Shown here in pieces: positions 34,301 to 46,984 of a DNA stretch of 64,000 nt. The DNA is from Trypanosoma brucei (taxonomy: Eukaryota), in NCBI GenBank assembly GCA_000002445.1, contig CP000066.1, positions 192,001 to 256,000 of the forward strand, in the 5' to 3' direction. The notes beneath the pieces were generated by a model, which worked only from the letters and a program-made list of their open reading frames with translations, searched no databases and had not been told where the DNA came from. How positions within the stretch are numbered: the first letter of the stretch is position 1; each line of letters starts with the position of its first letter. The position numbers and the translations under genes are program-made.

Positions 34301-37300
34301 ATTCAGCGATTAACGACATTCGCCCCGTCATGAAAAAAGACCCTTTCGTCAAGTTTGAAGATATGAACGAGACCTTGTGGAAGTACTTCATTAACCGTGT
34401 TCGTGAAAGATTGCACTTTGTGTTATGCTTCTCGCCGGTGGGAGATAAGTTCCGTACACGTGCGCGCAAGTTCCCGGCCCTTGTGTCTTCGTGTATCATC
34501 AACTGGTTCTTCCCGTGGCCAAAGCAGGCCTTACTCGATGTCTCATTCCGAACGCTGAAAAATTTTGAAATGGCGACCGAAGATAAGAATAAAAAAGCGT
34601 TGGTGGAGCTTATGGCAGAGATCCATTCCCTCATGCTTGAGAAATCTGAGGAATACCTTGCGCGGTACCGACGGTCGGTATACAGCACACCGAAGTCCTA
34701 CCTTGGCTTTATTGAGTCTTACACGAATGTTTACACAAAGAAGTTTAATGAACTCAATGAGGATGCCAGCAAAATTAACAAGGGTTTGCAGAAGTTACAC
34801 CAAGCAGGTGAGGATGTGCGAGTGATGAGGAAGCAACTTCAGGAGAAGGAAGGTTTGCTGCAGAGCAAACGAAAGGAGACGGACGCGCTGGTCAAGGAAA
34901 TTGAAATTCGTACCGCTGAGGCTGAGAAGAAACGGATGGAGGTGGAGGTCGTGAAGGAGAGTGTTGCACGGGACGCTGCCGTTGTCGCACAGGGTGAGGC
35001 TGAAGCTAAGAAGGACCTTGAGGCGGCTGAACCAGCCCTGCTGGAGGCCATAGAATCACTTAATTCTATCACATCCAATGATTTCACCACATTGAAGAAG
35101 TTGGCGAACCCTCCGGCGCTGATTAAACGTATTTTTGATGCTGTCTCAGTGTTGCTTCATAGGCCATTGATGGTCCCAGGTGCGGAGGAGGTGAAGGGTG
35201 CACTGTGGATTACAGACTCATGGGAGTTTAGCGGAAGACAACTTGCGTCTGATTCGTCCACGCTTGACGTTCTACGGTCATTTGGTGAAAATCAGAAGGA
35301 TTTCATTAATGAGGAGACATGCGAGTTGCTGTTACCGTATTTATGGATGGATGACTTCACGCAGGAGCGTGCGCGTAAGGCCTCCGGTAACATTGCTGGT
35401 CTCTGTACATGGGTGCGCAGTATGTACAAGTACATCAACATCGCCAAGATTGTTGCGCCGAAGAGGGAGAAATTGCGTATTGCGACAATTAAACTGCGTG
35501 TGGCAAACAAAAAGAAGGAAGAGCAAGAGGAAGAACTTGCCCGTGTGACTGCTGAAGTTGATCGCTACAACCAGCAACTTTCAGAGGAGAACGCAAAGAA
35601 GCAGGCCCTTGAGGACGATGCTACACGCACAAAACAGCGTATGGATAGCGCTAACGGTCTCATCGATGCTCTCTCCGGTGAACGTGAAAGGTGGACGCAG
35701 CAAAGCAATGACTTCAAGTCACTGATCGAGCGTCTTGTTGGTGATGTTGCCCTCAGCTGCGCTTTTATTTCTTACTGTGGTCCCTTCAACTCAGAGTTCA
35801 GGCACCAGTTGCTATATAAGAATTTCTACGTCAAGTGTAAAGATCTGAAGATCCCCGTGACATCCGACATCAACGTTGTGAAGTTTCTTGTAGACGAGAC
35901 AACTATTGCAGACTGGCAGCTTGAAGGACTACCAGCAGATGATCACTCTGTGCAGAATGCCATCATGATCACAACGAGTGCCAAGTTCCCCCTGATGATT
36001 GACCCCCAGGGACAGGCGCTGAATTGGATCCGCAAGCGTACCGAGCGTATGCAAGGAAAACTCTGCCAGTTGAGTGATCGTACGTTCGCAATGCACCTGC
36101 AGGAACAGCTTGATCTGGGTTTGCCACTCATTGCAGAGAACGTCCCCGAAGAAATTGACCCGATGATTGATCCCGTGCTGGAGAAGCAGGTCGTACGAAG
36201 TGGCAAGTCTTTAATCATCCGTGTCAACGGTGAGGAAATGAGCTACAATGAAAACTTCAGCTTCTTTCTTACGACGAAGTTGCCCAATCCCAGTTTTACG
36301 CCAGAAATGTTTGCCAAGAGTCTTGTCATTGACTTCACAGTGACGATGGAGGGTTTGGAACAGCAGCTGCTGTCGCATGTGATTGGCCGCGAAAAGGGAG
36401 AACTGAACGAGGAGAGTGCCAAACTTTCCGAAGACATCAACAGCAATGAGAAGCGCCGTAAGAATCTTGAGGATCGTCTTTTGAAGCAGTTGAGTGAGTC
36501 CCAGGGTAACCTTATCGATGACGTTGTGCTCATCCAGACCCTCCAGGAGACGAAGGATGCAACAGCAGAGATTGCAGAAAAACTTGCCACAGCACTTGAG
36601 ACACGGAAGCGTATTGCCGGGGCGTGCGAGGAGTACAGACCGGTTGCAACACGCGGTGCGGTGCTGTACTTCCTCGTCGTTGAGATGTCGTTGGTCAACC
36701 ACATGTATCAGACGTCTCTCGTACAGTTCGACGGCATTTTCGACGGTTCCATCCAGCGCTCAGAGCCGCACCCCGTCACAGCGAAGCGTATTCAATGTAT
36801 CATTGACTACCTTACCATGGCTGTGTTCAAATACATTATTCGTATGCTCTTTTCGTCGCACAAGCTGCTTTTCGTACTGCTCATGGCATGTAAAATTCAA
36901 ATGAAGGTTGGGCAGTTGGACGCCACCTCGTTTGACGTCTTCCTCAAGGGCGGGGGTGCCATGCAAGTGGACCGCTCAAAGCCATTTGCTTGGATTAAAG
37001 ATAAGATGTGGGCGAATATCCTTGCCATGTCGGAACAATTACCGCGGTCGTTCAAGCAGCTTCCCGATCTCATAACCCGCAGTGAACAGGTGTGGCGGCA
37101 GTACATAGAGTCAGACAACATTGAGAACTTACCAGTGCCTGATATAAACGAAAAGCTCGACAGCTTTGAGCGACTTCTCATTGTGCGTGCCCTTCGTGAG
37201 GATCGTGCTATGCTTGCTGCTAATCTTTACGTGGCCCGTACGCTCGGCAAGGAGTTCTCTGAAGCGCAGCAGCTCGATCTACAGGGCGTGGTAGAGGAAA

Positions 37301-39261
37301 CAAGCGGCCTGACACCTATTGTCTTCCTTCTCTCTCAGGGTTCTGATCCGACGACTCTTATTGAGGCAACCGCAAAGTCGCTTAAGAAGAAGATATTTCC
37401 TATTTCAATGGGACAAGGTCAGGAAGAGGCGGCGATGAATATTGTGTCTGGCGCGTGGCACAACGGTGACTGGGCCCTACTGCAGAACTGCCACCTTGGT
37501 CTACCCTTCCTCCTGCAGCTCGAAGAAAGACTTCGTCAACAACATTTGCCCGGGGAAAAGAAGGCTGATATCCACGAGGAAGCGCGCCTGTGGGTGACAT
37601 CGGAACCACACAAGTTATTCCCCATTGGACTGCTGCAGATGTCGATAAAGCTGACGAACGAGCCACCGCAGGGTATTAAAGCAGGTCTTGTCCGTACATA
37701 CTCATGGATGTCGCAGGATTATCTTGAGATGTTCCGCCGCCCCGAGTGGCGTCCGATGCTTTTCACCCAGTGTTTCCTGCATTCCGTTGTGGTGGAGCGG
37801 CGTAAGTTTGGACCCATTGGTTTCAGTGTGCCATATGAATTCAACCAAGGTGACTGGAACGCTTCCGTGCAGTTCCTCATCAATCACATGACGACCATCG
37901 GTGAAGCCCTGAAGAATCCGGTTAATCGTGACACCGTGTGCTATATGGTTTCGGATATTCAGTACGGTGGACGTATTACAGACAATAACGATCGTGCTCT
38001 CTTCAAGGCCATCACTGAGTTCTTGTACGACTTACGCATTACAAACCCGGAGAGGTCGCGCGATATGAAAATAGCCAACGACACTAAGGTCCCTCTCAAT
38101 GTCATGACCTCTACAGGGGGTCTTCACAACCCATACCCGTGCGAGATCACGGAGTTCGCACCTGGGTACGGTATACCTCTGTTCGATGACATTAACAAGC
38201 ACAGGGAATTCATTCGCGACACGTACCCCGATGTGGACACGACAGAAGTGTTCCAGATGCATTCCAATGCTGATATCACGTACCGTACACGGCAAGCGCA
38301 GGAGGCGCTGAAGACGATTTTGGATATTCAACCAAGAGACGCCGTAGCCAGAGGTGGTGTCACCCGTGAAGAGAAGGTTTTGTCGATGGCGGATAATTTC
38401 CTGCGGCAGCTTCCAGCCAACTGGGTTGTAGACCGCAAGCTTCATTTGGCTGATAAGCAACCACTATCCATCTTTGCAGGACAAGAAATTGATCGCTTGA
38501 GCGTCACCGTTCGTACAATCCGGCAAACGTGCACGAACCTCAAGCTTGCTGTTGCCGGAACCATTATTCTCACTCCTGCGCTTCAGGACGCATTGGATTA
38601 TTTGTATGCCGCACGTGTGCCACCGTCATGGGTTGCTGTGGGATGGCCATCACCTAACATTTCGCTCTGGTTCGCTGAGGTACTCCGCCGTTACGAACAG
38701 CTTGATGGTTGGGCCCGCAACGGTCGGCCACCCGTCTACTGGCTGCCAGGATTCTTCAACCCACAAGGTTTCCTCACCTCCGTGCGGCAAGAAATTACAC
38801 GTAGCCACGCAAACGAAGCGGTGCCATGGGCACTCGATAAGGTGGAAACACGGACGGAGGTTCGCTCGTCCGAGTACCGACCTGGTCAGGAACCGAAGGC
38901 GGAAGATCTGAAGACGGAGCGAGGTGAAGTTGTCATTCATGGACTCTTCCTCGAGGGGGCTATGTGGGATAAAGCGAATAAGCGGCTGAAGGATCCACCG
39001 CCAGGTGATCTGTTCCGTGAATTGCCCATGTTGCTCATTTCCGCTATCAATAAAGATGCACCGCCGCCGCACATGAATGCACCGATGAAACCTGGACAGT
39101 TGAAGGAGAGGCAGAAGAAGCAGGAATATTACCGTTGCCCCGTTTATAAGTATCCCACACGGTCTGATTTACACTGGATATTTGACGTGAACCTCCCCGT
39201 GGCTGAGGACGACGCTTATTGGCGTATGCGTGGCGTGTCACTGTTGGGGTGCACCGACTAA
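25342..39261 (+). CDS. Dynein heavy chain. Its size and architecture fit an axonemal or cytoplasmic-type DHC. The class is not resolved from sequence alone.
   Basis: A 4,639-aa ORF with an ATG start. Four AAA+ Walker-A loops are present: [10 protein letters not shown] (AAA1, nt about 30994, aa about 1885), GPAMCGKTQ (AAA2), GVSGTAKTV (AAA3) and GVGGSGKQS (AAA4). The coiled-coil stalk region is K/E-rich (around nt 34.8–35.7 kb). A conserved C-terminal domain is present. Confidence 0.97.
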   Translation: MKAVQRVCSDARHLYVFGRVKDFFACGDAEVTERLTIQLDQNFSDGSPNFMVVHDMLEGCGANTLLFTFQPNPDDPGIPDDVLCVVNPQKGKLPYLTGRVVYLVRPDNGKPINAKEASQVVQDITMGSLDGNLLQSFEHLLMEVYTPMFNKLSKWGKNTLAERNRFIVHLLRYADRISELQQLQGERYELRPVNAETWRLLQTGGLNKRGGINDPGVVHCLTTTVEEWIKAVYDVVQEVPNYENELSEEKAGPKTEIQLWKSRLAKLRLVEEQLEAVEAPRAVQYLREVKSPLLQRWVEVDAALNDALSEAQENVKYLRSLSKYFDVLYSSDIAQIINMLPSLISNIRMMHTIARYYSRRECMTALFFKVTNAMVLSCKSAINPSGVRSRIWECGQSPESLKELLHQLHLSAECNKAYNKEYKKAQEILASKDGKQFDFDELKFMGHFNLFTKRVDKLISVFSTVQQFVELKAYNIEQMEGLIPRFEEYLGHLRGKTTDILDIHDNNKFDVEFKIFETRIAELETSMQVAINSSFENITSTDNALQLLAKYQRILKNEAFAADLESKYLVIFHSYGMELENDQKTYERYKTDPPVARNMTPVAGAISWARQLLHHIKSPMDKFKTNRTIMANTKDSKKVIRTYNRVSVALIEFEAIWVDAWKRSIESSKAGLNATLLVRHEGRLYVNFDLEIMQLIKETRELMLLGGIEVPAAARMVLMQEQRLKTFYNELTHLVKEYERVVGRAGSTRSKIVGVTRPLLQPNLDALDAVFLPGETTLTWSSLNVDTYLERVQKAIEDLDILVTKVNDIIQHRIQVNLKLIASTLLVNLFDDHFSLDQFVQVQEKHIRQQCEVMDVKNREVEGAVEDVVICILASQGVTYSTDKLDNVQRDRIATLKGHFNRLMFKAILTSTTRSLNLLKKRVGTRNRVSFLFVEKPFFDVDVQLINAEPYVFLSPSLDEVQKAINQCATAVLSCSKYMTLWEGLGDDALSFFEEIAKNKEIVKVVLLLTGGIHGLKKQVMEYLNHFHKYEYLWKLDMNEAYDEFNSNDPTLDDYEQRLQGYVALHDEIEGLTSVFNIGSLALHNKPLKADLLRKVIEWKELFSNKLHAKAQLELDSLTHKMDEEAHQLSLPIPDQEKLEDLRVLMNTLQDIRDRESLVEFQFYPVQQAYALLQRFNVPIFKEEIDRVEDIRFKWRKLHALAERRSDEINNLQYGFKKGLTQEVQKFGAEVIAFRNDYDSHGPMVEGLKPQEAMERLKRYQRQFDDKYRKWITLMAGEELFGLPLHKYPELVKTKKELELLDKLYTLYINVLHKVDGYNDILWCELDFDAIAEEVSVFVSQCKRLPKSLRDWDAYVELKKILDDFMELQPVIQELKNPAVVERHWQEIMRVTGHKWRTDPDLFKLQNLVDANLLRVVDEVVDIASSSVRESEVEAKFRAQEVLWKDQELKFSEFKHRGPIILKGDDTTSKREALDESSLAINSMLSSRYCAFMRDTIQGFLQKLVKVSEIIALWVEVQFTWQYLEAVFAGGDIMKQLPQEAKRFAMIDKAWQKIMNKANETPNVLEFCYENELLQNLPNLKEQLDECQRKLSLYLEQKRNLFPRFYFVSDTVLLEILSQASDPQSIQPHLASIFDGLSSVRFERVKPKEAGAQPYFQIVEMISGEGESLMMREPTPCVGNVEDWLNRLCSGMTDTVREVVKASVMELGTLLGNTNYLGSIIERYPAQVSLLMLQFFWTADVTECITKGIMRSRGREAATSRAKCDAVKNFLVSLTTSPELERQPKRMRTNVETLITIQVHQQEVFIDLQKASIKELTHFDWLKQARFYYKPERDLTIISIADSDTEYCNEYLGVKERLVITPLTDRCYITLSQALAMYMGGAPAGPAGTGKTETTKDLARTYGKFCVVFNCSDQLDRHAMGKIIRGLSQANAWGCFDEFNRIDLPVLSVVAQQVSCVLQALKQHKDKFIFIDGQVTDLMPGVGFFITMNPGYAGRQELPENLKILFRGVTMMIPDRQTIMKVKLASQGYSLDDLLSKKFFTLYKLCEEQLSKQRHYDFGLRNILSVLRTAGAVLRRNPGKDEEDLFMRTLRDMNLSKLVFEDIELFDSLLRDMFPGRQFVKGSHPEIEGELAKVIEGKGLQLWGPWISKVLQLYETKLVRHGIMVVGPAMCGKTQCYDVMTETLSRTTVPHQQLRMNPKAITAPQMFGRIDVSGDWHDGVFSSLWRAAVRHAKKRNVWIVCDGPVDAIWIENLNTVLDDNKLLTLANGDRIQMTDTMKCCFEVENLANASPATVSRAGIIFISDVILGWKPVLKSRFCATVNEEGQILPVDVVKRCNTLLAEKLLALFLPTEGEGGEPSLTERVATFYEKECSIVMKTSIAHLVINAFHLTVALGEEVGDGVPVSDALALKIFWFSLSWAFGGVLESKDRLKFDALVRELYDGLPPSTEGTVFDFSLNCKSGQWEHWDGFLEKWKYPGDDRLDFATLFIPTADSVRLHFLMNCNFIQHRPALLIGVSGTAKTVTVEKLLLKIKAESETSNFRKLNFSSMTTPQNFYNALEDMTEKRMGSTFGPKNCEQLTVFIDDINMPEINEWGDQITNEIVRQVVESSMVYDLSHAGRRKELRGLVYMAAMSHPSGGKNDIPNRLKRHFSIFNVPLPEESSVQQIFGVIFEGRFCNDNYARSVQDIAKMLTQMSIDFWRAIAKKMLPTPDKFHYFFNLRDLSRITQGIMMAGMNDDPEKPERRSTSKPWEVVTDAVTLIRIWKHECSRVFSDKLNSVADKRWFDDNVQDCVVQHLTPTQYRDVIEQVREPIYMANYLRDPIIDPETGEIAETAPRIYEPAPSMEVLQDRLLRAMKAHDEQPRVKQLKLVLFEAAVKNVSRISRVLSMPRGNLLLVGVGGSGKQSLTRLAAHVNSHDYATLVLSKGFGVNQLFDAIREQYVMAATKRPVTMLFTDNDIKHEIFLEYINSFLSNGEIPGLFASDQRDSAINDIRPVMKKDPFVKFEDMNETLWKYFINRVRERLHFVLCFSPVGDKFRTRARKFPALVSSCIINWFFPWPKQALLDVSFRTLKNFEMATEDKNKKALVELMAEIHSLMLEKSEEYLARYRRSVYSTPKSYLGFIESYTNVYTKKFNELNEDASKINKGLQKLHQAGEDVRVMRKQLQEKEGLLQSKRKETDALVKEIEIRTAEAEKKRMEVEVVKESVARDAAVVAQGEAEAKKDLEAAEPALLEAIESLNSITSNDFTTLKKLANPPALIKRIFDAVSVLLHRPLMVPGAEEVKGALWITDSWEFSGRQLASDSSTLDVLRSFGENQKDFINEETCELLLPYLWMDDFTQERARKASGNIAGLCTWVRSMYKYINIAKIVAPKREKLRIATIKLRVANKKKEEQEEELARVTAEVDRYNQQLSEENAKKQALEDDATRTKQRMDSANGLIDALSGERERWTQQSNDFKSLIERLVGDVALSCAFISYCGPFNSEFRHQLLYKNFYVKCKDLKIPVTSDINVVKFLVDETTIADWQLEGLPADDHSVQNAIMITTSAKFPLMIDPQGQALNWIRKRTERMQGKLCQLSDRTFAMHLQEQLDLGLPLIAENVPEEIDPMIDPVLEKQVVRSGKSLIIRVNGEEMSYNENFSFFLTTKLPNPSFTPEMFAKSLVIDFTVTMEGLEQQLLSHVIGREKGELNEESAKLSEDINSNEKRRKNLEDRLLKQLSESQGNLIDDVVLIQTLQETKDATAEIAEKLATALETRKRIAGACEEYRPVATRGAVLYFLVVEMSLVNHMYQTSLVQFDGIFDGSIQRSEPHPVTAKRIQCIIDYLTMAVFKYIIRMLFSSHKLLFVLLMACKIQMKVGQLDATSFDVFLKGGGAMQVDRSKPFAWIKDKMWANILAMSEQLPRSFKQLPDLITRSEQVWRQYIESDNIENLPVPDINEKLDSFERLLIVRALREDRAMLAANLYVARTLGKEFSEAQQLDLQGVVEETSGLTPIVFLLSQGSDPTTLIEATAKSLKKKIFPISMGQGQEEAAMNIVSGAWHNGDWALLQNCHLGLPFLLQLEERLRQQHLPGEKKADIHEEARLWVTSEPHKLFPIGLLQMSIKLTNEPPQGIKAGLVRTYSWMSQDYLEMFRRPEWRPMLFTQCFLHSVVVERRKFGPIGFSVPYEFNQGDWNASVQFLINHMTTIGEALKNPVNRDTVCYMVSDIQYGGRITDNNDRALFKAITEFLYDLRITNPERSRDMKIANDTKVPLNVMTSTGGLHNPYPCEITEFAPGYGIPLFDDINKHREFIRDTYPDVDTTEVFQMHSNADITYRTRQAQEALKTILDIQPRDAVARGGVTREEKVLSMADNFLRQLPANWVVDRKLHLADKQPLSIFAGQEIDRLSVTVRTIRQTCTNLKLAVAGTIILTPALQDALDYLYAARVPPSWVAVGWPSPNISLWFAEVLRRYEQLDGWARNGRPPVYWLPGFFNPQGFLTSVRQEITRSHANEAVPWALDKVETRTEVRSSEYRPGQEPKAEDLKTERGEVVIHGLFLEGAMWDKANKRLKDPPPGDLFRELPMLLISAINKDAPPPHMNAPMKPGQLKERQKKQEYYRCPVYKYPTRSDLHWIFDVNLPVAEDDAYWRMRGVSLLGCTD

Positions 39262-40250
39262 GGGGAAGGTAGTGAATGGTACCGTGAATGTTCACTGTGT
39301 GTTACTTAAGTGTGACCAAACAATCATGTGACAAAAGTTGTGGGAGAAAGAAAGAAAGAAGATACGAGAGGTAGTGAGTCGGGAAAGAAGGGAATAGATT
39401 TTTCGTTTCTGATTCGCAGGGACTCACCACAATGTATAAAATCACACCTTACTGCGAGAGAGGATTACATAAAGGTATATGTATAAAATGTTAAAGAGAA
39501 ATATGAAGAGTTTTGAAGATGTGAAGGTGTGAGACAGACAATAGATTGTGATATGATGTATGCTTAATACGTGTATAACTGAAAGATGTTTAGATTATCT
39601 TTCCAGTTAATCTCGTGGAACTCATGCAGAGGATATGGGGGTGGTCTGACTGCGCCTCAGGAGGCCTCTACCACGTTTTCTTTCTTGATTGTTTCTAACA
39701 ACACTTTCTAAAGTGTGCCAGTGGCAACGTTGAGCCCGTTTATCTCGCCTTTCCTCCTTAGTTGTCGCTACCGATACATATTTGCATGCATGAACTCTTC
39801 TTTTTTTTTTTCATTCCTTTCTTTGAACGCCTTGGTAAGGCGAGGAAATAAAAGGCTACATACAAGGGATAAGTTCTCACTACACATCCGTTAGTCGTAC
39901 AGACGATCACTTGATTTCGTTGGGGGTTATCCGCTCCTTTAAGGAGTGTGAAGGGAGCAGAAGGGTATACGCGTAGTTGAATACGAGTTGGTGCACCAGC
40001 TTGCCCGGCTCGTATACTTCGTGCTGTTTCCGCCTCGCATCGAGTTGTGGCACATTCCCATTTATTTTTTTTTCCATAGTTCACACTTAACGGTGAAAGG
40101 AAAGAAGGAGAGGGGAGGGGGAGGTACTTAACACTTATCGTATTTTACAGATTTTTTTCTAGTGTGTGTTGTTTTATCGATATTAGTGGTTTGGGTGGGG
40201 AAGGGAGATTTGCCTTGTGAACACGCTTCATTCGACCACTTCCTGTGTAA

Positions 40251-40715
40251 ATGAGGATCAGTTGCTCATGCCTGAACAAATCGCTCGTGTCGACTGCTAT
40301 CCCGTCTGATATCATCGAGCGTGCTGGAACCAATCTGCCCGGCATCCCGCATAAATACCGTGTTTGCCGTGCGTATCGCCAATGGCTCAAACTAGCTGTT
40401 TTGTGTCCTCATTCTCTCCTTTGTGAGCTTAATGAACATGCGCAAATGAATGAACGGTTTGTCATAATCGTCCGGCAGAAGTTTCGCGAGGGTGAAGAGC
40501 TACGAGACCCGGAGGAAATAGCCGTTGCCGTCCAAAGCTGTGAGAGAAGCCTCGCAATGTTTCGCTTTTTGGCAGCGGATGGCGCTCGCCGCCGGTTCCC
40601 GGAGGCAAAGCCGAGGTTGAACTTGCACAAGATGGGATTCATGGAGATGGCGAAAATTAATTACACGCAGATGGCGAAAGAGTATTGGAACACCTACATT
40701 ATGCGGCGATGGTAG
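40251..40715 (+). CDS. Small protein of 154 aa or fewer with a Complex1_LYR-like (LYRM) signature.
   Basis: The segment FVIIVRQKFREGEELRDPEEIAVAVQSCERSLAMFRFL matches the LYR-family pattern (iReeFr...dpeei...eae.eL..l.r). An upstream KYRVCRAYRQWLKL is present. Start choice is uncertain. Confidence 0.4.
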   Translation: MRISCSCLNKSLVSTAIPSDIIERAGTNLPGIPHKYRVCRAYRQWLKLAVLCPHSLLCELNEHAQMNERFVIIVRQKFREGEELRDPEEIAVAVQSCERSLAMFRFLAADGARRRFPEAKPRLNLHKMGFMEMAKINYTQMAKEYWNTYIMRRW

Positions 40716-41059
40716 CGGAGGGAGCACGTGGTGGAGAAAAGAGAAGCGGGTGCTTCACGTGGGGAAAACTCAGACACTCATCAGGAAACCAGAGAGCGGT
40801 CACTGTTGGGTGAAGGGTTGGCGGTATCATCGGGAAAATGACTTTTCCGTTAGGTCTTGGTTGTCGCCGTGCTTTTCGAGGGTTTGTGTGCACGGATTCT
40901 CCTTTGTGGTGTGCGCTCCATCTCTGGCCTGATTCGTGTTGCTACTCTCACGTGTTTTATTCTTTCTGTTGGCATATTTTTCCCTCTTAGGGGACAGTTT
41001 ACCCAAAGAGGGGCGGGGGAAGGCTCTGTCATTCCTGAAATAGTTGAAGGAATAGGGCG

Positions 41060-41434
41060 ATGATGAGGCCATCGACGGGCTCCGGTACACCTAGGAGTGA
41101 TGCGGGGATCAAAAGAAGTGTTACCCTCGGCATCGACATAATGAATGAAGACAGTTTTTGGGAAATTTCGGGGATACCGCTGAAAAGCAGGATGCGCTCT
41201 TTCATCTCGAGGGAGAGATTAACTCCGAAGAACGTCGGCAGCCCTTGCGACCTGTACCTCTTTCCCAGATACGATGAACAGCCACTGTGTCAAAGTTTCA
41301 AGGACCTCCTAAACCGGCACAGGTCTCAGCTGCGAGAAACGGCGAAGTCGTACGAAAGATATACAAGCGAAGTGACAAATATCCGTAAGAAAACTGCATG
41401 GTTTGAACCACAGAAGCCACCCAAATTCCTCTAG
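41060..41434 (+). CDS. Hypothetical 124-aa basic protein.
   Basis: ORF with an ATG start. No recognised domain. Supported mainly by position in the unit. Confidence 0.3.
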   Translation: MMRPSTGSGTPRSDAGIKRSVTLGIDIMNEDSFWEISGIPLKSRMRSFISRERLTPKNVGSPCDLYLFPRYDEQPLCQSFKDLLNRHRSQLRETAKSYERYTSEVTNIRKKTAWFEPQKPPKFL

Positions 41435-43134
41435 TGACGTTTGAGGCGTATTTGCCTCCTACCGTAAAGAATGATTGCGGATGGACGAGGAACTCGGGTG
41501 CAGCCGCAGTGGCTGGGGCAATGAGCTCCTATATATGGAAAAAGGATTCCGCCATCGCTGCGTTTGCGGTTCCACACGGCATTTAGCTGGGGGCTTATAC
41601 TCAACTCCCTCCCCAAAAAAATAAAGGATGGTTAGCTGCCTTTCTGGTGGGTCGAATTCTGCGGTCGTCGGAATGTGTTTACTTGACACAACGATGCCAC
41701 ATGTCGGTTGTAGGCTTTGAAATGATTCCCTTCACTTGTTGGCAAGAAAGCACCACGTATCCAAGAGGGCCGCAGTGATGGCGTTGGTGTGATATGATGG
41801 TGCATTAATCGTCGTGAAAACGGTAATAATGCCACTGATGTGTTAGAATGGGAACGCATGCCTCGTCGTGCAATAGGTGGCAAATTTTTTAAAAAATCTT
41901 TTTTCCCCTTTTCTCCCTTTATTTTGGAGTTTCTATTGATTTGATGTACACAACCTATGGCGGTTGGAAAGCGGGCTGTCGAAAAACTGTCAGCGATCCT
42001 CTGTTGTTTTTTTAATTGTTTAGACCCCTCCCGTTACCTTTATGATATTTTTATGTGTACGAGTTGCGAACCCAACCATTTTATTCTATTGATGAGTTTC
42101 ACTCCATCACTACCACCGGCGCTAACAACAAAAGGTCGCGTCCCCTTGCAGTTCCTGTCGGTTGATGCGAGCTTTATTATCCCTTTCCGTCACGTGTTCC
42201 TTCGGATTAAATGCACAAAAAAGTTTTTTTTTCTTTTTTACTTAACCCTTTTATTACCCTTCTTCGCCCTTGTCTTCATTCCTTTTCCCCATCGTATCCT
42301 GTAGCGGCACAAACGTTGAGTACGTGTGTATCGCTTCCGGTAGATGATGTACAAATATGTGATTTTGTAATAAAAGAAAAATCCTTCTGTGAACCTAATA
42401 GTATGTGACCCCTCCCGTTGGGTCTCTAACGTGTATAGTCAATGACTTTTTGTTTAATTTTTTTTTATCCGTTGCTTTTACTCCCTTCTGCAGGTCTATT
42501 TACACAATGGCAAACTACGCGCGTTAGCTTCGTCGCATGTGGTGGTGGAGAACCAGTGTTAAATTCATCCCTGCGACTTCTTTTTCTTTTTTCTATTATT
42601 ATTATTATTCCATTTAAGGAGGAAATGAAACATCAAGCGCAATCAAAATATCTTAAGTTGAACAGGTGGGTGATCGGAGCGAAGGTCCTGTGTGTGGATC
42701 AAGGTACCTGGAGGGGTCAGTTAAGTTTTATTAAAAATTTTTTTTTACGTTTATACATAATTAGTGTGCCCTCTACTGATTGAATTGACTGCCACTTTCT
42801 TCTTTTCATTCTTTTCATTCTTTTCTTTTCTTTTTTTCGTTTCTTCTTCCCTTTTTCCCCACTGTATCAAACAAAGCGGATTAAGTGTTGAAGTTGGGGA
42901 GGGTTTGGCATCACAAGAGTGGATTGAACTCTCAAGGAGAGAGGAGGGCCACGGGCGCAGTCGGTGCCTCTGAAAGGAGAGCACAGTTATTACATAAGGG
43001 CGTACGGAAGGGTAATAAACACCACCAGACATATCATTGCCCCAGCACGCCGTGGTTTAGTACGTGTGAACTTACAAGACGGACATATTTGTACGACGCT
43101 CATACACACAGATCAGGTAAACTGTAGGGAAAGC

Positions 43135-44397
43135 ATGCGTCGTACTTTTTCGCTTTTCACAACTCTCGTTAGACTAGGTCGCGGGCCGGAGAATGTGACG
43201 GAGGAGGCAAGCAACTCGCTCTTGGAAGCCCTGCAAAAGCACGGTTACTGCTACGTGCAGCATCCGTTTATACAGTGGGAGATATTAGATCAAGTTCACC
43301 GCGATAGTCGCATCTTTTTTGAGCGTTATTTGTTGGACCTCCCGGAGGAAAAGCAGAGAACGAGGAAAGAGAAGTTCTCCAAGAAACTAATAGCCCCCCG
43401 TAAGCCAATCAGGGCAATGACCCCATACGAATTAGAAAGCATTAAAACATCCTCGGGTTTCCGGGGGTATTACCGTTACATTGGCGCAGGCGGCGTGGAT
43501 GATGCGATCGAGTGCTTTTCCGTTGGCCGCGAGGTGCAGAGCCCCGTGGAATTACGGGAACCGTACTACAGATTGAGCGGTTGGCAACGCGATGAGTATT
43601 TGCCACTGATTAGCCGGAGAAATGCGTGGGATTCACTTCTAACTCACCCTAAGGATGGTAGTGGAGACCCCAATGGTGTGCACGCCTTCATGGCAGATTA
43701 TCGTGAGATGATACTGGCGTATTATGACCTTTGCAGCGAGGTCGCCCTCGATGTGCTGCGGCATATAAGTTGTGGTTTGGGCGTCAGACCCAGCATTCCA
43801 CAGGGTGGTCCTGATCCTGATAGCGGATACGATCTCGAATACTTCACACAGTTCCACAACAAACTTGACTTCGACTTACAAGCAAAGTATTATCCGAGGT
43901 TCGGACAAGGGGCTCGGACACGTGGTGGTGTAGAGGTTAAGGGAGTGCAGAGCGCCTCGAACCCCAAGGGTGTAAAAGTTCTACGTCGCAAGACAGCTCG
44001 AGGACAACCGTTGGTTAATGAAGATGAAGAAAACGCCGTGTTGCGGCTGGATTCGCACAAGGACCTCAGTACTGTCACACTCCTCGCACAGGACGCTCTC
44101 GGTGGATTGGAGGTTTGGGACAATGAGTCGGAACAGTTCAATCCGGTCCCTGTGCTGAATGATGCATTGCTTGTAAACGCGGGGTTGTTCCTTGAGAAGT
44201 GGACTGGCGGGTTGTTAGAGGCGACACCGCATCGAGTGCGGAACGTGAGAGGCGGAAGTAGTCGATGTAGTGTTGTCTTCTTCTGCTTACCTAACCATGA
44301 CGCCCGGATAGAGCCCCTACTGCAGCGAGATGAAAATCCTTCTCTTGACGCGGAAGAAGGTTTCTACGCGGGTGATCTAATGCCAGCAGCACCTTAA
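43135..44397 (+). CDS. 2-oxoglutarate/Fe(II)-dependent oxygenase of the isopenicillin-N-synthase-like or flavonol-synthase-like clade.
   Basis: Track ORF 42964..44397 begins with GTG. The first ATG is residue 58, at 43135 (MRRTFSLF...). A DIOX_N-like N-terminus is present: YCYVQHPFIQWEILDQVHRDSRIFFERYLLDLPEEKQ. The 2OG-FeII_Oxy core has the HxD...H triad and an RxS motif: HKDLSTVTLL...GLEVWDN...ATPHRVRNVRGGSSRCSVVFF. Confidence 0.75.
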   Translation: MRRTFSLFTTLVRLGRGPENVTEEASNSLLEALQKHGYCYVQHPFIQWEILDQVHRDSRIFFERYLLDLPEEKQRTRKEKFSKKLIAPRKPIRAMTPYELESIKTSSGFRGYYRYIGAGGVDDAIECFSVGREVQSPVELREPYYRLSGWQRDEYLPLISRRNAWDSLLTHPKDGSGDPNGVHAFMADYREMILAYYDLCSEVALDVLRHISCGLGVRPSIPQGGPDPDSGYDLEYFTQFHNKLDFDLQAKYYPRFGQGARTRGGVEVKGVQSASNPKGVKVLRRKTARGQPLVNEDEENAVLRLDSHKDLSTVTLLAQDALGGLEVWDNESEQFNPVPVLNDALLVNAGLFLEKWTGGLLEATPHRVRNVRGGSSRCSVVFFCLPNHDARIEPLLQRDENPSLDAEEGFYAGDLMPAAP

Positions 44398-45486
44398 GTA
44401 GAGGTATTGGAAGAAGGATTCCCCACTCACTTGCACATGTGAGCGCAACCTCGGGAATGAGTAGACACAACCAATCACATGCATAGATAAACAGTCGCAT
44501 GTACGTTGTGTACGTATGGCCGATTTGCCACCACACAGTTTTGACAACGGGAGTATTAACCGTGTGCCGCAGAAGGAGCGATAAAAACACACGATTCAAG
44601 AAACGAGTGGCGGAGTGATACGAAGTCACATGTGGTCCCTCGTCTTGTAGAAGGCACACAAACAAAACGGAAGAGAGAAAAAGAAAAAGGGATAGAGGCC
44701 TCTCAGCAGGTGCAGCGTTTAGATTCCAAAGTAGAAGCCAAGTAAATAAAAATAACCGAAGTAAAAAAGAGAGAAGGTAAATAAACGGAGGAGGCATAGC
44801 GGCTTCCTCGAAGTAGGTGACGTTTACACATAAATGCATATATACGTATATTGCTTCACTCACATACGTGCACATACATATGGATATATAAGCGCACACG
44901 CGTGGACATCTATTTCCTCTCGTTTCTTCTGACCACGCCCACTTCACCTTCACGCGGTTGATGCCAAACGGTGTGCAGATGACATAGACATTGGTGGACG
45001 CTGCTACCTCGTTTCTTCACTGCGAAGAGATGAGTGAAGGATGCAAAGAGGGAGTTCTATAACTCATTTAGCGGGATAATTTTGCATTATGTTTCCAACA
45101 TTCACACACACACACGCGCACGCAAACACATTTTCTTGTTTTCTCCCGTTACACTCATATATTCATTTATATCTTTATTGATATTACCGTCCACTCTTTA
45201 CAACTTTATTTCCTCCCCCTCCCCCTTCTGCGTGTTAATGTTTGTTTGACGTTGTCATACGACTTGACCCGCGTGTGACGAGTTGTTATTATTGATATTG
45301 TTATCAGTAAATGGTGGAGGTGGGGAACACTGCATGCGGGCATAATAAAGGGCGAGTGCGGCGGATTTTTTGTTTCCTTCCTTTTCACAGTTATAGAGTT
45401 TTCCTTATCCCCCTTTATTTCATCAACATCATCACCACACTTTTGGGCAGTGTAACATTCGGTGAGTAGCGGCCGTACGCGTGCCA

Positions 45487-45650
45487 ACGTTTCACTTCCT
45501 TCCTTCCTCCCTTCCATTTCTTTTCTTTTTCCCTTTCCCCCTTTTTTTTCTTGTTCTCTTTGCTACTGTTGTCATTTCTCCTTTCCCCTATTTCATTTGC
45601 TGTTTCTTTCGGTTTTTTTTTCCAATTTCATATCTTTTTTATTTGCAATT
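45487..45650 (+). promoter_or_regulatory. Extended polypyrimidine-rich region upstream of Sec61-gamma, with candidate splice-acceptor and polyadenylation signals.
   Basis: About 160 nt of almost pure C/T (ttccttccttcctcccttccatttcttttctttttccctttccccctttttttt...). Confidence 0.45.
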
Positions 45651-45828
45651 GTAAGGAAGTTTTCAGCAAAGCAGACTAAACCACAGCCGAGGAGCCCAAC
45701 CATAGTCACCTCAGCTTACCATTTTTTTTTTGTTTACTTCTTGGTTACTACTGTTTCAACTGTGCGTCCACCGCCACCCAAGTTTCAGGAAGTGATATCA
45801 CGCCGAGGATAATAATAATAAGGTGGCA

Positions 45829-46038
45829 ATGGATTTCCTGGATGAAACCGTGATCCACCCCATGACTGCCTTTGCGCGCAACAGCCGCATGCTTGTGCGT
45901 AAATGCCAGAAGCCAAATTACAGCGAGTTCAACGCCTCAGCCATGGCCACACTCGTGGGGTTTGTGGTGATGGGCCTTTTAGGCTTCTTCGTTAAGGTTG
46001 TTTTCATTCCAATTAATAATGTTGTACTCGGCGCTTGA
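45829..46038 (+). CDS. SEC61G: Sec61 translocon gamma subunit (Sss1/SecE family).
   Basis: The track ORF starts with GTG at 45823 and the real ATG is at 45829 (MDFLDE...). The 69-aa protein aligns to Sec61-gamma: RNSRMLVRKCQKPNYSEF matches KDSIRLVKRCTKPDRKEF, and AMATLVGFVVMGLLGFFVKVVFIPINNVVLG matches [31 protein letters not shown]. Confidence 0.9.
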   Translation: MDFLDETVIHPMTAFARNSRMLVRKCQKPNYSEFNASAMATLVGFVVMGLLGFFVKVVFIPINNVVLGA

Positions 46039-46984
46039 GCAGCATCTGGCGGGTCAAATTACAGAAACACCGCAGGCGGACGGACATATTTTGTTATGGC
46101 GTTACCTGTCAGGTACCATCACCTTATGGAGTAACTCCACCAGATGCACCCTTCCTCTTTCTTCATTTGATTGGTTGTTGTTTTTCTTTTTTTTTCATAT
46201 TTAAATATATTGTCGTTTTATTGTTTCATTTTGAAGGGTGCTGTCATTAAGGAATTGCTGCTGGGAAAGAAGTAGAAAAAGACAAAAAAATGAACAGAAG
46301 GGATGTGCCGAATAAAAGCTGTAGAATGGAGAAGTGATACTATGAGGTTTCTCGTTGTTTTTTTTTCTAAATTCCGTCATATGAAATAAGAGATTGCGGC
46401 AATGCGTGTCGCGGGTTGCTCCAGCACACACTTGAAGGTGCGTTAGCATGTGCACCCCCTCCCCCTCTATACGGAAACAGTAAGCAATTAAGCAACAAAA
46501 AAAAGAAGAAAAGATGAAACACATCTGAGGAAAAGCAGCAGAAAAAGGGGAAAAATATTAGCTGCAAGTTAACTCCACGTTGCTGGTGCCCGGTTTACCT
46601 TGTCTCATTTTTCAGAGTTACGACTGCGTGCTGCAGTTTAAAATATCCCGTTATTCACTCAGTGATTATCCCCTCCCACACACACCCTGGAGGCACTGCT
46701 CATTTCTATTTGTCTCCTTGATGTTATTTTCATCTCTCATTCATTTACATCACTTCACTTCACTTTTCTTTTCTTTTTTTCTTTTTCCTTCGAAATATAA
46801 TTGGCGACAAAGGGAGGGTGCGAAGCAGCCGCACACACACGCAGAAGCACAAGGTGAGGGGTGGGGAAGGGAATCATTTGGAGGTTTGTTGTTTCCTCTG
46901 CTACCCGGGTCTTATTGCCCCAATTGTGCCAAGAACAACAGTAGCAGTTTCAGAAACCTGCGCCGTTAACACGAAGTGTGAAAC

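Noticed and set aside
26563-38460. Numerous 60–160-aa ORFs antisense to, or frame-shifted from, the dynein heavy chain.
   Set aside because: They are embedded in a continuous 13.9-kb ORF with full-length dynein homology. They are shadow ORFs.
41957-42304. A 115-aa ORF in the 1.5-kb spacer upstream of the 2OG oxygenase gene.
   Set aside because: It lies in a pyrimidine-rich intergenic region. The translation is Phe/Leu-rich, as expected from T-rich DNA. There is no support.
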